The translations under genes were made by a program, and so were the position numbers. Below, one piece after another: positions 12,001 through 24,561 of a stretch of 64,000 nt of DNA. Origin of the DNA: Scenedesmus sp. PABB004 (Eukaryota); contig CM026547.1 of assembly GCA_014905635.1 (NCBI GenBank), positions 4,588,001 to 4,652,000 of the forward strand. The letters are read 5' to 3'. The notes below the pieces were generated by a model, which worked only from the letters and a program-made list of their open reading frames with translations, was not told the DNA's origin and made no database searches. Every line of letters begins with the position of its first letter. Positions within the stretch are counted from its first letter, which is position 1.

Positions 12001-13485
12001 GCAGAGGAGGCGCAGGCGCACGCTGCCGCGATCGCGGCGGCGGCGGCGGCTGAGGCCGCCGAGGTGGCGCAGGCGGCGCAGCGCGACTCGGCCGCGGCCA
12101 GCGCCGCCGCAGCCCACAGCCCCGCGCACGACCCCGAGCTCGCTGCCGCGGTGGGCACGCTGTGTGCCATGTTCCCGGAGCTGCAGCCGGGCGTGGCGGA
12201 GATGATGCTGCAGGACCACGGCGGCCACCTGGAGGAGGTGCGGGCGCGGCGGCCGCGCGCACGCCGCCGCAGCCGCGAGCGCGGCGCCATGCTCTACCGC
12301 GCCCGCCCGACGACGCCGCGCGCCCCGACCGACGCGCCTACCCCGCCGCCGCCGCCGCCCTGCGCGCAGGCCGCGCGCTCCGTGCAGGCGGCGCAGCAGC
12401 GGGAGCATGCGGCGGCGCCCGCCAGCGGCGGCGGCAGCGCCCGCGCGAGCCCGCTGCTCGCCGCGCACGCGGGGCTCAGCGAGGCCGACCAGCTGGCCAT
12501 GCTGGAGGCTATGGGGGAGCTGGACCTGGACGACCGCCGCCGGTCCGGCCGCGCGCCCGCGCAGGCCAGGGCGCAGCAGCAGGCGTGCGCCGGCGGCCGC
12601 CCCGGCAGCACGGCGCGCGCGCCCCCGCGCCCTGCGTTGCCGGCGCGGGCAGCAGCGCCGCCGCGGCGGCGGGCTCGCGCCGCGCGGGCGGCTACTGCCC
12701 GCCGGGCTCGCCGCCCCGCCCGCCGACCGCGCGCGTGGGCACGCCGCTCATGGCCCAGCAGCAGGGCGCGGCGGGAGGCCACCAGGACGACGCCAAGCGC
12801 GCCGCCAAGTGCGCGGCCAGCCCCGCCCGCGCGCTCCGCTCTCTGCATCGCCGCGCCGCGCCGTGCCGCGCACGCCCTTGACCGCCGCCGCCGCCGCGTT
12901 CGCAGGGAGGCGGCCGACAAGCTGTACGAGCGCTCCAGGACGCTCTCCAACGCGGCGCAGGTCTACATGACCGCCGCGCAGGCGCTGCTCGCGGCGGGCG
13001 ACGCCGCGGGGTTCAGGGCCAAGAAGGACGCCGCCGACGCGGCGCGCGCGGGGAGCAAGGCCGCGTGGGACGAGGCGCAGCGCCTCTCCTGGTCGGCCAA
13101 CAACGCCGCGGAGCAGGAGTGGACGGTCGACCTGCACGGCCTCGGCACGAGCGTCGCGCTGCGCAAGTTTGCGGTGCAGTTTGACGGTCTGTCCGCCATG
13201 GACAGCCCCGGCGGCATCAGGTACAAGGTCGTCACGGGCAAGGGCAAGCACAGCGAAGGCAACGTCCCGCGCATCAAGCTCGGCGTGCTGCAGTTCCTCG
13301 AGGAGCGCCGCGCCGCCGAGGTGGCGGCGGCCGGCGGGCGCCCCTGGGCCGTGACGTGGGAGGTCGACCCCAGCAACGAGGGGGTCGTCTACGTCTACTT
13401 CCCCGCCGCCGGGGAGGAGGAGGAGGAGGAGGAGGCGCAGGGGGAGCAGCAGCACGACCGGGGGCGGGGCGGCGGCAGCGACTAG
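9096..13485 (+). CDS. Multidomain Smr endonuclease (2H-phosphoesterase-like, YwbE-like, CUE-like, Ala/Glu repeat, DUF1771, Smr); Cue2/N4BP2/NONU-1-like
   Basis: C-terminal TVDLHGL...YKVVTGKGKHS...NEGVVYV (Smr) preceded by a DUF1771-like helix; CUE-like LCAMFPELQPGVAEMMLQDHGGHLEE; N-terminal VAVFLTPASRELLL...ADHMPL...D.RVQAV...YITLS. Apparent 1-nt frameshift at the C7 run 9612-9618. Confidence 0.8.
11707..12072 (+). repeat. Coding tandem repeat, 57-bp (19-aa) unit, about 6.4 copies
   Basis: AEAAEEAQARAAALKAAAA / AEAAEEARAHAAAIAAAAA units alternate within the Smr gene. Confidence 0.9.
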
Positions 13486-13822
13486 ACGACGCAGCCGGCC
13501 GCAGGCCGCGAAAATCCTCCTTTAGCTCGGCGGCGGGAGCGCCGAGCCCACCTGGTTGACTAGTAACATTGACGACGCCTGCCGCCGCGTCGCGCCACCG
13601 GCGCGCGCGAGCAGCGTTCGCGGCGGCGCACCGCGGCGCGGCCGCCCGCCGAGCTGCCCGCCGCGGTTTGGCGGCGGCGCCCGCGGTGTGCCTCCGCCGC
13701 CATCGCCTCGGCACGCGGCGTTCCCCCGCTCGCTGCGTCCCCCGCGCCTGGCGCCTGCGCGCCAGACCAACGCCTGCAGGCCCCTCCGTCCGCTCCAGCC
13801 GTGCGCGGCGCGCGGCGCCGGC

Positions 13823-15938
13823 ATGGTGGGCGTGACGCTGGAGATCCCGGCACGGGGCCTGGCGGAGCACGAGGACGACCGGCAGAGCGTGGACCGGCAG
13901 AGCGTGGCATCGATTCAGAGCGTCGCGACGAGCACCTCGCTCGCGCAACGGCTCCGTGACCTCAATCTCGATTTTGACGAGGGTGTCAAGTCGCTGGACG
14001 CCGCCGACGCGGAGGACAAGGAGCACGGCAGCGAGCGCAGCGGCGGCGCGCCGCTGTCGCCGACAGCAGCGGACGCGCTCGCCGCGCGCCCGCCGGCCCC
14101 CGGCGCGGGGGCGGCGCTGTGCGAGGAGGACCTGGTGCCGCCGCCCTACTCCCTGCACCTGCTGCACCGCGAGCCGCCGCTGCAGGTGCGCGCGGGCGCA
14201 GCGGCGCGGGCGTGGGCGCCGCCAACGCGTGCCGCTGACCCGCGCGCCGCCGCGCGCCCAGGTCTGCTGCCGCCTGTTTGAGCGCCGGGGGCACCCGCCG
14301 CTGCCGCTGAAGCGCATGAGCATGGTGCAGGTCGAGGACTTTCGCACGCACGGCTACGTCGTCGTCGACGGCCTGCTCAGCCGGGACGCCGCGGCGCGCA
14401 TCAAGGCCGAGACGCTGCGCATGGCCGCGCGCGGCCTGCTGCAGCCCGTGAGCGCCGCCAACCTGGGCGTGCTCTCGCCCGCGGCCGCCACGCCGCACGC
14501 GGCGCGGCCGGGGCTGCTGCTGAGCAGCAGCCCCGCCAGCCCCGGCGGCCACGCGCTGCTGCACCCGCGTGGCAGCGGCGCCGGCGGCGGCGCGCACCAC
14601 CCGGCGGCGGCGCAGCAGCAGCAGCAGCAGCCGGCGCCGCGCGGCGTGGCGCCGCGCTGGGGCGAGCTGCGTGTGCCGCTCGTGCTCGGCCAGCCGCCGG
14701 CGGACACCGCCGCGCTGGCCCCGGTCATGGCGGCCCTGCAGGAGCTGCAGGTGCAGCTGGGGGCTGCGCACGTGGCGCCCCGGCGACCGCCCGCCCGCCC
14801 GCGCGCCGGCACCGCCGCTCACGCCGCGCCGCGCCACGCCGCGCGCACGCAGGACGACCTGGGCGAGTTTGTGCGGCTGCGCAGCAAGGGCGCGGCCGAG
14901 TACGCGCTGTGCCAGCTGCCGCCGGGCGCGGCGCACGTGCCGCGCCACCGCGACGCGCTGCCGGACGACGGCCGGGGCAGCGGCATCGCGGCGGCCGCCG
15001 CGCTACCGCCGCCGCAGCAGTCGCACGTCAAGTGGGCGGCGCCGCCGCCGCCGCCGGCTGGCGCGGAGCCGCACGTGGCGGGCAGCACCAGCAGCAGCTG
15101 CAGCGAGCTCAGCGCCACCGGGGGCCCGCAGCAGGCGGCGCCGCCGGCGCCGGGCGCGAGGCAGCAGCAGCCGCAGTTGCAGCCGCAGCAGGCGCAGCCG
15201 CAGCAGCAGCAGCAGGCGCAGCAGCCGCAGCAGGCGCAGGCGGCGCCGGCGCTGGCGGCGCAGCAGCTCGCGCTGTCTGGGCCGGCTGCGCGGCGCGTGA
15301 GCATCTTTGTGTTTGTCAACCACGACTGGGACCGCGAGCACGGCGGCGGGCTGCGGCTGTGGCCGCCGCAGCGCCCCGTGGGCCCGCCCTCGGCGACGGC
15401 CGCGTCGGCGACCGCGCGGCGCAGCCCGACGAGCAGCGACGCGGGGACGACGTTCAGCGAGATCAGCGACTGCGGCTCCTCGCTGCGGTGCGGCGCGCTC
15501 GACGCGCGCGCGCTGCTCCCGCGCTGCCGCGCCGCCGCTCACGCCACCGCGCCGCCCGGCGCGCGCAGCGTGCCCGTGCTCGGCAGCACGACGAGCAGCG
15601 TCGTCGCCGAGGCGTCCGCGGCCGACCACGACACGTACAGCCTCGACGGCCTGAGCGTCGCGGAGAGCGAGGTCGAGCGGCAGGGCTTTGAGTGGTGCGC
15701 GCGGCGCCGCAGGCGGACGGCGCCCCGCGCGGCACCGCCGCCGCGCGCTTGGGTGGGACGCCCGCCCGCTCGCCCCCGCAGGGTGGAGTGCGAGGGCGGA
15801 GAGATGGCGTTGGACATTGCTCCGCTCGCGGGCCGCGTCGTCGTGCTGCTCAGCGGCGCGGTGGAGCACGCGCTGCTGCCCGGCGGCGGCGCGGGGCCGG
15901 GGAGCGACATGGCCTTCGTGCGCGCGTGGTGCGGGTGA
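13823..15938 (+). CDS. 2OG-Fe(II) oxygenase, EGLN/PHD prolyl-hydroxylase-like
   Basis: GYVVVDGLL, PRHRD (HxD), RRVSIFVFVNHDWDREHGGGLRLWP, DIAPLAGRVVVLLS..VEH; 4 GT-AG introns. Confidence 0.8.
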
Positions 15939-16274
15939 CGCGCGGCGCTGAACCGCAAAGGGTTGCAACCGGCAAAGCCCCGCCGCCGTCTCCACCGCCT
16001 GCCGGCGCCGCCAAGGGCATGGGGCGCACACCTCGCGATCGGCGGCTCGTGCGCGAGGGCGGCGCTGCGGCAGCGGCGCAGCGGCGGCACGCCGCCACGG
16101 CGCCCCGGCCGCGCAGCCTCCTTCCGCCGATTGCCGCACGCGGCAAGCCCGAAGTCGTCCGCAGGCAACGCGCAGCAGCTGCCCGTGCGAGCCGGCTCCC
16201 GCGCGACAGGGCCCGCGTGAGCAGCGGCGGCAGCGCCGTTCGGCAGAGGGCCCGCGTGCAGCAGCGGCGCCGCC

Positions 16275-19200
16275 ATGCCGCGCCCGGTCGTGGTCGGCGC
16301 GCTGATCGTCGCCGCGTGGGCGCTGGAGCTTGGCGTGGTCACTTGGTGCGCGGCGCGGCGCGCGTCGCTGCTGCCGCGGCAGCCCCCGCCGCTCGCCGTT
16401 GGCTGTTTGTCATCGCGCCGCGCCGCCCGCAGGTGCACGCTGTGGCCCATTGCCGGCCACATACACGACCTGCGGCGGTGCGCGCCACGCGCTGCTGGCG
16501 CTGCGCGCGCGGCGGCGGCCGGCCGGCACGCGCCGCCGCCGACCACCACGCGCGTGCCCGCCCCGCAGGTTTGCGGGCTGGGCGCAGCTGTACCAACCGG
16601 GCACGTCCACGCTGGACGTGTGGGTGCTCGCGCTCGCACGCGTGGCGGTGCTGGCGGCGCTGTGGGCGGCCACCGTGCCCGGCGCGGCGCGGCGGCAGCG
16701 CAGCCTCGGCGGCAGCCTCGGCCCGCCGCGGCCGCCCAACTGCGAGCAGGTGCGGCCGCGGCGCGGGGCCGGGGGGCTCTCTCTCTCTCGGGCGCCCGTC
16801 ACGGCGCCCGCCGACGCCCGGCCCGCAGACGGCGTTTGGCGCGGCGCTCGCGAGCGGCGTGTGCGAGCTGCTGCTGCTCGCGAAGGCGGTCGCGGTCGCG
16901 GTGTGGGCGCCCGACGCGCTGCTGCCGCCGCGGGGCCAGCCGGGCGTGGCGGGGCTGCTGCCGAGCTACGGCGCCATCGTCGCGAGCCTGCTGTGCAGCC
17001 TGGGCTCGGGGCTGGCGCTGCGCGGCGCGATCGCGGCGCGCGGCGCGCCGCCGCGCTGCGGCAAGGGCGACGAGGAGGCGGGCGACGCCGCGGCGCCGCT
17101 GCTCGCGCGCAGCCGCGGCGCCGCGAGCTGGGAGGTCCCGCAGAACAACAAGGCCCTGCGCGGCGACGGCGGCGACGGCGACGACGGCGACGACGCGTCG
17201 CCCCCCGTGCAGCCGGCGACGGTGCTCGAGCTCGTGCGGCTGTCGCTGCCGGACGCGCCACTGCTCGTTGTCGCGTTCCTCGCGGGCACTGCCGCCGCGC
17301 TCGCGGCCGCGTGCGTGCCGTACTACACGGGGCAGATCATCGACTACGCCTCCATCGACCCAGACAGGCGCGCGGCGGCGCCGCCGCTGCCACGGCGGCG
17401 CAAACGCACGCGCGCGCGCCACGCGCCGCCCGCGCCGCGCCGCGCCGCGCCGTCTCCACACGGCCCCTCCGCGTGCCGCGCCCTCTCACCCGCCAGGCGG
17501 CGCTTTGCGGCGACGACGGGCAAGCTCGTGGGCGTCGCGGGCCTGTGTGGTGTGTTCACGGGCCTGCGCGGCGGCGTGTTTAGCGTCGCGATGTGGCGCC
17601 TCAACGTGCGCCTGCGCCGCGCGCTCTTCGGCGCGCTGCTCGCGCAGGAGGTGGGCTTCTATGACAAGGTCCAGACCGGTGCGGCGGCGCGGCGCGCCCG
17701 GGGGGCCGCGCGCGCGGTCAGGGGCGGGGGCACCGCCGCCGCCGGCCCCGCGGCGGCGCGCAGCGCGGCCGCGCGGCGCGCGTCCCCGAGCCGCGCGTGC
17801 ACACGCGTGTCTCGCCCTCGGCGCGGCGCGCGCAGGCGAGATCAGCAGCCGGCTGAGCGCCGACACGACGACGGTGAGCGACTCGGTGTCGCTCAACCTC
17901 AACGTCCTCGTCCGCAGCGCGACGAGCGCGGCGATGGTGCTGGGTTTCATGTTTGCCGCGAGCTGGCGCCTCACCGTCGTCACGTTTGTGCTCGTGCCCT
18001 GCGTGCTGCTCATCTCAAAGGCGCGCGGCCGCGGCCGCGGGCCGCCCCGCGCCGGCGCTGGCAGTGGCTCGTGCGCACCCGAGGCGCGCCCGCCGCCGCT
18101 CACCCACCCCTTGGCTCGCCCCGCGCCGCCCGCTCTGCCGCCGCGCCCCCGTGCAGGTGTATGGCGCCTTTTACCGCCGCCTCTCCAAGAAGGCCCAGGC
18201 CGCGCTCGCCGAGGCCAACGCGGTCGCGGAGGAGGTGCTCTCTGCGCAGGCCACGGTGCGCTGCGCTCGGCCCTTGGCCGCGTGCCCCCGCCCCGAGCCG
18301 GCCTGCACGCGCGCGCGCGCCCGCCGCGCCGCACACGCCCCGCACACACGCGCACGCCCCGCACAAGCGCCGCAGGTGCGCGCGCACGCGGCGCAGGGCT
18401 CCGCCGCGGCGTCATACGCCGACCGCCTGGCCGTCTTCTACGCCCTCATGGCCCGCCAGGCGGGCGTGTACGCGGTGAGTGCTGGTCGCAATGGCTGAGT
18501 GAACTGAACTCATAACACAACACGAGCCGCGGCGCCAGGGGCGGCGGCGACAGCGGTGCTCACGCCCGCCCGCCGCTCGGCGCGCGCAGGTGTACGCCGC
18601 GACCACAACCTTCCTGCCCAGCCTCGTCGTCGCGACCGTCCTCTACTACGGCGGCTGCCTCGTGCTCGGCGGCGAGGTGCGCCGCCCTGCGCGCCGCCGC
18701 GCCCCGCGCGCGCGCCGCCGCGCCCCACCCCGCGCCGCCGCGCCCCACCCCGCCGCCGCGTCCGGCGCGTCCGCCGCGTCGCCGCGTCCCCGCCGCGCCA
18801 GATGTCTGCTGGCGCGCTGGTGTCGTTCATGCTGTACCAGCAGAGCCTCAGCGCCGCGTTCAGCTCCATGGGCGACGTCTTCAGCGCGCTCACCGCCGCG
18901 GTCGGCGCGGCGGACAAGGTCGGCGCCGCCCCGCGCGGCACACACCCCACGCCACGCGCCCCCGCGCCCGCCCGCGGCGCTGCGCCGCGCCCGCGCCGAC
19001 GCCGCCCCGGGGCGTCCTCGCCCGCCGCCACCGCTGCGTGCGCGCGTCCAGGTGGTGGAGCTGATCAAGCGCGTGCCGCGCGAGCCGCCGCCGGGGGCGT
19101 TTGTGCCGCCGAGCGGGCGCCTCGTCGGCAGCCTCGCGCTGCAGAGCGTCGTGTTTGCATACCCCATCCGCCCGAGCACGCGCGTGCTCAACTGCCTCAG

Positions 19201-20476
19201 CCTCGCGGTCAACCCGGGTGCGCCCGGCTGCCCGCCGGCGCGGCACGGGCCCGCTGCCCTGCCCGCCCTCTGCACGACCGCGGCGGCCCCCGCCGCCGCC
19301 CACGCTCGCCGCCGCCGCCGCGTCCGCCGCCGCCGCGCCGCGCCGGGGCGCGCAGGCGAGGTCGTCGCGCTGGTGGGCCCGAGCGGCGGCGGCAAGAGCA
19401 CGATCATCAAGCTCCTCCAGCGCTTCTACGTCCCCCTGTCCGGCGCGGTGCTGGTGGACGGACTCGACGTCGGCGCGTACGAGCCGCGCTGGCTGCGCCG
19501 CCACGTCGCGCTCGTGGCGCAGGAGCCGGTGCTGTTCGCGCGCAGCGTGCGCCGCAACATCATCTACGGCCTGGAGCCCGAGGACGGCGCGGCGCCGCCG
19601 AGCCAGGCGCGCGGGCCGCGGCGCGGCGAGACCCGGGGGTGACCCCGCGGGGCGGGCGGGCCCGCGCCGGCGCCGCGCCGCCGCCGCGCGACCGACCACG
19701 CGCGGCTGAGCCCTTGCCCGCCCCGCCGCGCCGCGCCGCAGGAGGCGATCGAGGAGGCGGCGCGGCAGGCCAACGCGCACGACTTTGTGTCGGCGTTCCC
19801 TGAGCGCTACGAGACGGGCTGCGGCGAGAAGGGCGTCGTGCTGAGCGGCGGGCAGAAGCAGCGCATCGCCATCGCGCGCGCACTCGTGCGGGCGCCGCAG
19901 GTCCTGCTGCTAGACGAGGCGACCTCCGCGCTCGACACCGAGTCGGAGGTGCGGCGGCGCGAGGGCCGCGGTGCTCTCACCGGCGGCGCAGGCCATGCTG
20001 ACGGGCAGCGCGCGGCACGCGGCACGCTCTCGCCGGCGCCGCGCCGACCCGGCCCCGCCGCGCCGCGCCGCGCCGCGGCGCTGCAGGCGGTCGTGCAGGA
20101 GGCGCTGTCGCGGCTGATGGCGGGGCGCACGGTCGTGGTCGTGGCGCACCGGCTGAGCACGGTGCGCGACGCGACGCGCATCTGCGTCGTCGCGGGCGGC
20201 GTGGTCGCGGAGCAGGGCAGCCACGATGAGCTCATCGGGCGGGGCGGGCTGTACAGCCAGCTCGTCGCGCGGCAGCTCACCGCCAGCCCCAGCGGCGCCG
20301 CGCTGAGCGCGCTGAGCCGCGGCCTCAGCGCGAGCAGCCTGGGCGGCCTCAGCGCCGGCGACGAGCTCAGCGAGGGCAGCCGCGGCGGCAGCGTCGACGC
20401 GCCGGCGCTGAGTGGTGGCGCGGCGCTGACGCCGCGGGGCGCGCGCGCGTCGCCGCCGCCGCGGCGGCCCGAGTAA
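16275..20476 (+). CDS. ABC transporter B family half-transporter (TAP-like)
   Basis: TMD motifs ([21 protein letters not shown]), Walker [10 protein letters not shown], signature [15 protein letters not shown], Walker [13 protein letters not shown]-loop VAHRLST; about 13 introns. Confidence 0.95.
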
Positions 20477-20850
20477 GCGAGGCGAGCGGCAGTCGCGATA
20501 TCACGTGCGCGCCGCCGCCGGAACGCAACGAATGGTCGTTGCCTCGCTGCCGCCGCGCGCACGAGCGCGCGCGCACCGCACCGCGCCCCAAAAGTGCAGG
20601 CCCGCCGCCCCCGGCGGCCGCCACGTGGTGGGCGCACCCGGCGCCCGTCGCCTCGGCCGCGCCTCTCAGCACCACGCCCCGCGTCCCGCAGCGCGGTACG
20701 CCCCGCCGGCCCCTCACGCGCGGCCGCGCGCGCCGCCACCAGTGTGCGCCGTCGCATCTGCGCCAGCGCCCCGCAGAGAGGCCAGCTGGCCTCGGCTGAG
20801 GCCTCAGTCGAAGTTCTCAGGCCTCGGCCGAGGTTTTAGGTTTTTATGCC

Positions 20851-21895
20851 TCAGTCGAGGGCGTAGCCGAGGAGGAAGAGCATGAAGAACACCGCGAGCG
20901 CGCCGTAGATGAGCAGGCTCTTCTGCGACTCGGTCATGCTGTTGGTCCCCAGCCCGTACTGCTGGTTCTCCGCAAAGCCCGCGACCACCTTGACGCGCGA
21001 CTCAAAGCGCTCCTTGGGCGCGCCGCAGATGGGGCAGGTGTAGTCGTCGGGCAGGTCCTGCGCGCCGGCGCGGCGAGCGCGCATGGGCTCGCGCGCGCCG
21101 CGCCCGCTGCCGCGCGCCCTGCCGCCGCGTGCTGCGCGCGCCGCGTGCCGCGTGCCGCGTGCCGCGCCGCGCTGCGCGCCTGGAAGCGCACGCCCCGCGG
21201 CACGGGGAAGTCTGGGTCGCCCTTGTCTGCGCTGTACTCGTAGCCGCAGCCCTTGCACTCGGCGGTGCCGCTGCCGATGACCATGAACTTCTCCGCCGCG
21301 CGCAGCCGGTCCGCCTCGGCCTTCTTGCGCGCCGACTCGCTCTCGTACTCCTGCGGCGGCGCGGCGGAGGGGCGCGCGTCGGCGGGTGGCGAAGCTGGCG
21401 GCGCCGCTGGTGCTGCTGCGGGCCCTGCCGCTGCTGGCGCAGCGGTCAGAGCTTCAGCTGCAACAGTCAGAGCTCCAGCTGCTGCTCGGTTCCGCAGCCG
21501 CCGCCGCGGCCAGCGCGGGCGCCGCGCTGCTCGCGCGCGCCGCCGCACCTCGTCGCTGCTCGCGGCGGGCTCCGTCTCCGGCTCTGCGGCCCTCATTGGC
21601 ACGTGCAGCAGCAGCTGCGCGGCGGACGGGCGCGCGCGTGGGCGGGGGCGGGCGGGGCGGGCGCGGCCAGGCGCGCGCGATGGCAGCAGCGCACCTTTGC
21701 GATGCCGCGGCCGGGCGCGCGGCCGACGGCAGGCTTGAACGCGACGGTGCGCGTCACCTGCGAGCGTCCGGGCGGGCAATGAGGGCGCCCGACTGGCTGG
21801 CGCGCCCGCGCGGGCGCCCGGCCGCTGCGTGGCGAGCGCTGGCGCACCCGCGAGCCGGCGCAGGCGCGGGCCGTGCGGGGCGCGAGCAGCGCCAT
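20851..21895 (-). CDS. RBD1: Chloroplast rubredoxin with C-terminal transmembrane anchor (PSII assembly factor)
   Basis: CKGCGYEY...DLPDDYTCPICGAPK, GFAENQQYGLGTNSMTESQKSLLIYG followed by a hydrophobic tail; transit-peptide-like N-terminus. Confidence 0.92.
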
Positions 21896-22341
21896 GGCGG
21901 CCGGCAGGACGGTGGCTCCCGCGACGCGCGGCGCGCTGATTGGCGGCGGCGGCTGGAGCGAGCAGCGGCAGCGGGCAGCGGCAGCGGGCAGCGCCGCGTG
22001 TGGTGCGCGGCGGCGGTCGGCGGTCAGGCGGTGGGGGAGCGCGGTGTGCGTGGAAAGCGGACACTGAACGACTGCTGCCTGCGGCAACACGCGCGCGCAG
22101 AACCGCCAGCGAACACCCCAGTGTTCACACCGCCCGACCGCCGCGCGTGTCGCAGCACGGCCCGCCCCCCGGGGGTCACGAGCGTTGATCAAAGCCCATC
22201 AAAGTCACGCTGCCGGCGGCTCGGGCGCGCCCGGCCCGTTCGCAAGCCCTCGCCCGCCGCCGCCGCTGCCCGCACGCTGCGCCCGCCGCGCGCGCCGGCG
22301 TCGCCGCCGCGCGCCCCGCCGCCGCACGCCCGCGGGCGGCC

Positions 22342-24183
22342 TCACTTTTCAAACTCCGGGTTGAGCGCCGTCCAGCACTCGCTCCACGCGAGCATGCCGT
22401 CGGCGAGCTTGCCAAAGTAGGGGTCGATGTGCCCCAGCCCGGCCCGCACCTTCTCGGCGAGCTCCACATAGCACGCGAGCACCGTCGTGCTGTCCTTGCT
22501 GCGACAGCGCGCGCGCGGGCGCGGCGTCGGCGCCGCGCCACGCCACGCCACGCCGCGCCGGCGGCTGACCCCCGCGCGCCGCGGCCGACCCTGCCGCGCG
22601 CGCGCATTGGCGGCGCCGCAGCCGCAGCCCATCGCGCGTCGTCACTCACCTGAGCGTGACCTGCTGGAAGAAGGGGATCATCTCCTCCTGCCAGAAGATG
22701 CCCTTGTACTCCTTGCGCAGGTTGGTGAACGGGTTGCTCGCCTTGCTGTGGTGGATGTACGGCAGCCCGCTTTTCACGCCCAGCCCGAGGTGGTCGCAGA
22801 TCACCTGCGCGCCGCGCCCCCGCCGCGCGTCGGCCGCGCCGCGCCGCGCCACCGTCCGGCCACCACGCGCCAACGCGCCGCGCCGCAACGCGCGCGTGCC
22901 GCCGCGCACCTTGCTGCACCAGCCCGCCCACATGTCGTCGTAGCGCCCGATCGGCTGGCCCTCGCCCATGAGCCCGAAGTACATCGCGGGGCCAATGAGC
23001 GCGCGGTCAAAGGCCAGGTTCATGCCACACATGGGGTACAGCACGCCCTTGGGCACCGTCAGCACCGCGTCGACGTACCGCGTGTTGCGCTCGAGCGGCT
23101 TGACCATCTGCTGGCGCCGCGGCGCGCGCGCGGCGCGCGCGGGGCGGGCGCGGGCGGCGGGCGCGGGCGGCGGCAGCGTCGCCGGCGCCGCCGCCGCTGC
23201 TCGCGCCGCCGCGGCCGCCGCCCAGCCGCGGGCACCGCGGCCGCTGCCACCGCCCAGCCGCGGTCCCCGCTGCCGCGGTCGCCGCTGCCGCGCCGCCGTC
23301 GCCGCGCCTGCGTGGGGGCGTCGTAGTCTGGGATGTTGAGCCAGAGGCCGTGGCTGATCGCGGTCGGCACGCCCTCGCGAAGGCTGAAGGGATAGCCGCG
23401 CACAAAGTCGGCGCCCTCGCGGAAAGGGTCGTACAGCGTGTTGAAGATGTACGGCGTCGCGGGGGACAGCAGGTTGCGCACGTGCTGCTCCAGGGCGTTG
23501 ATGTCCTGCGAGCGCGCGCGCGCGGCGCGGCGGCGCGGCGGCGTCGCGGCGGCGGCGCGCGGCGGCGGCGCGCGGCGGCGGCGGCGGCGGCGGAGGCGTC
23601 GCGGCGGCGGAGGCGTCGCGGCGGCGGTGCGCGGGCGTGCGCGCGGGGACAGCGGCCCGCGCAGCGACGCGCCTCGCCGCTGGGGTTTTTGGCGACGAAA
23701 CAGTCGTCGTCGATGGTGTAGATGTAGCGCTTCTTGCTCACAAGGAAGCCGAAGCAGCGGCACGCGCTGTCCTTGTAGCTGATGCACCACGCGCGCTCGC
23801 CCGCGATGCGCTCGATGTCGGTGCTGGCCGCGGCAGGGTGCGCCGCCGGCGGGGGCGGTGTGCGCGGGGGGCGCCAGCGGCGCCAGGGCGGCAGCGGCGG
23901 CGCCGGCCGCTGCTGCCGCTGCTGCGCCTGCGCGCCGCGGGCCGCCGCGGGCGCCGCGCCGCGCGATCGCGGGCGCTGCCTGCCGGAGACGGCGCTGCGG
24001 CTCCCGGGCTCACCGGTTGTAGAGCTCATAGTCGAAGCCGGGCGGCACCCTGATCGCTTTGGTGGGGTCGCCGTCCTGGATGATGATGAGGTGGTAGGGC
24101 TCGAAAAAGGGCCGCCACTGCTCCAGAAAGTCGAGGTTGCGAATGGTTGGGATCACGATGTCCAGCTGGTCCGCCAGCGACAT
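22342..24183 (-). CDS. UDP-arabinopyranose mutase / reversibly glycosylated polypeptide (GT75)
   Basis: [66 protein letters not shown]; 5 introns. Confidence 0.97.
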
Positions 24184-24561
24184 CGCGGCGGGCGCCGGGC
24201 GCGGCGGGCGCGAACGCAGCAGCGGCACCGCGGCGTCGGTGCGGGCGTGCTGCTGGTAGCGGGGCGAGCGGGCGATGCGCGAGGAGCGGCGCGATCAGTG
24301 CGGCCGGAGCGGCGGCGCGGAGCGGTGCGCTCGGCTCCGGGCGGCGGCGGTTCGCCGGCGCGACGACCCGCCGGGCTTCCCGGCGGCGCCGCGCGCCCCA
24401 GCCCCCGCCCCCGCCAGCCGCACACACCGCACCGCCGCTCCAATTTTGTGAGGCCCGACGCTGCGCACGCGCAGCGCGCACGACTGCGGCGCAGGTGGCG
24501 GCAGCTGCGCGCCCGCTGCCCCGATTACCGACGCCCGCCCGCGACCGCCCGCCACGCCCGC

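Noticed and set aside
11707..12072. Regularly spaced repeats resembling a CRISPR array
   Set aside because: No unique spacers, in-frame coding repeat, no cas genes, eukaryotic context.
18467..18597. GTGTACGC repeated on both sides of an ABC-transporter intron (possible TSD)
   Set aside because: Both copies are exonic (VYA-VYA) and the helix length looks normal for TAP-like transporters, so no duplication needs to be invoked.
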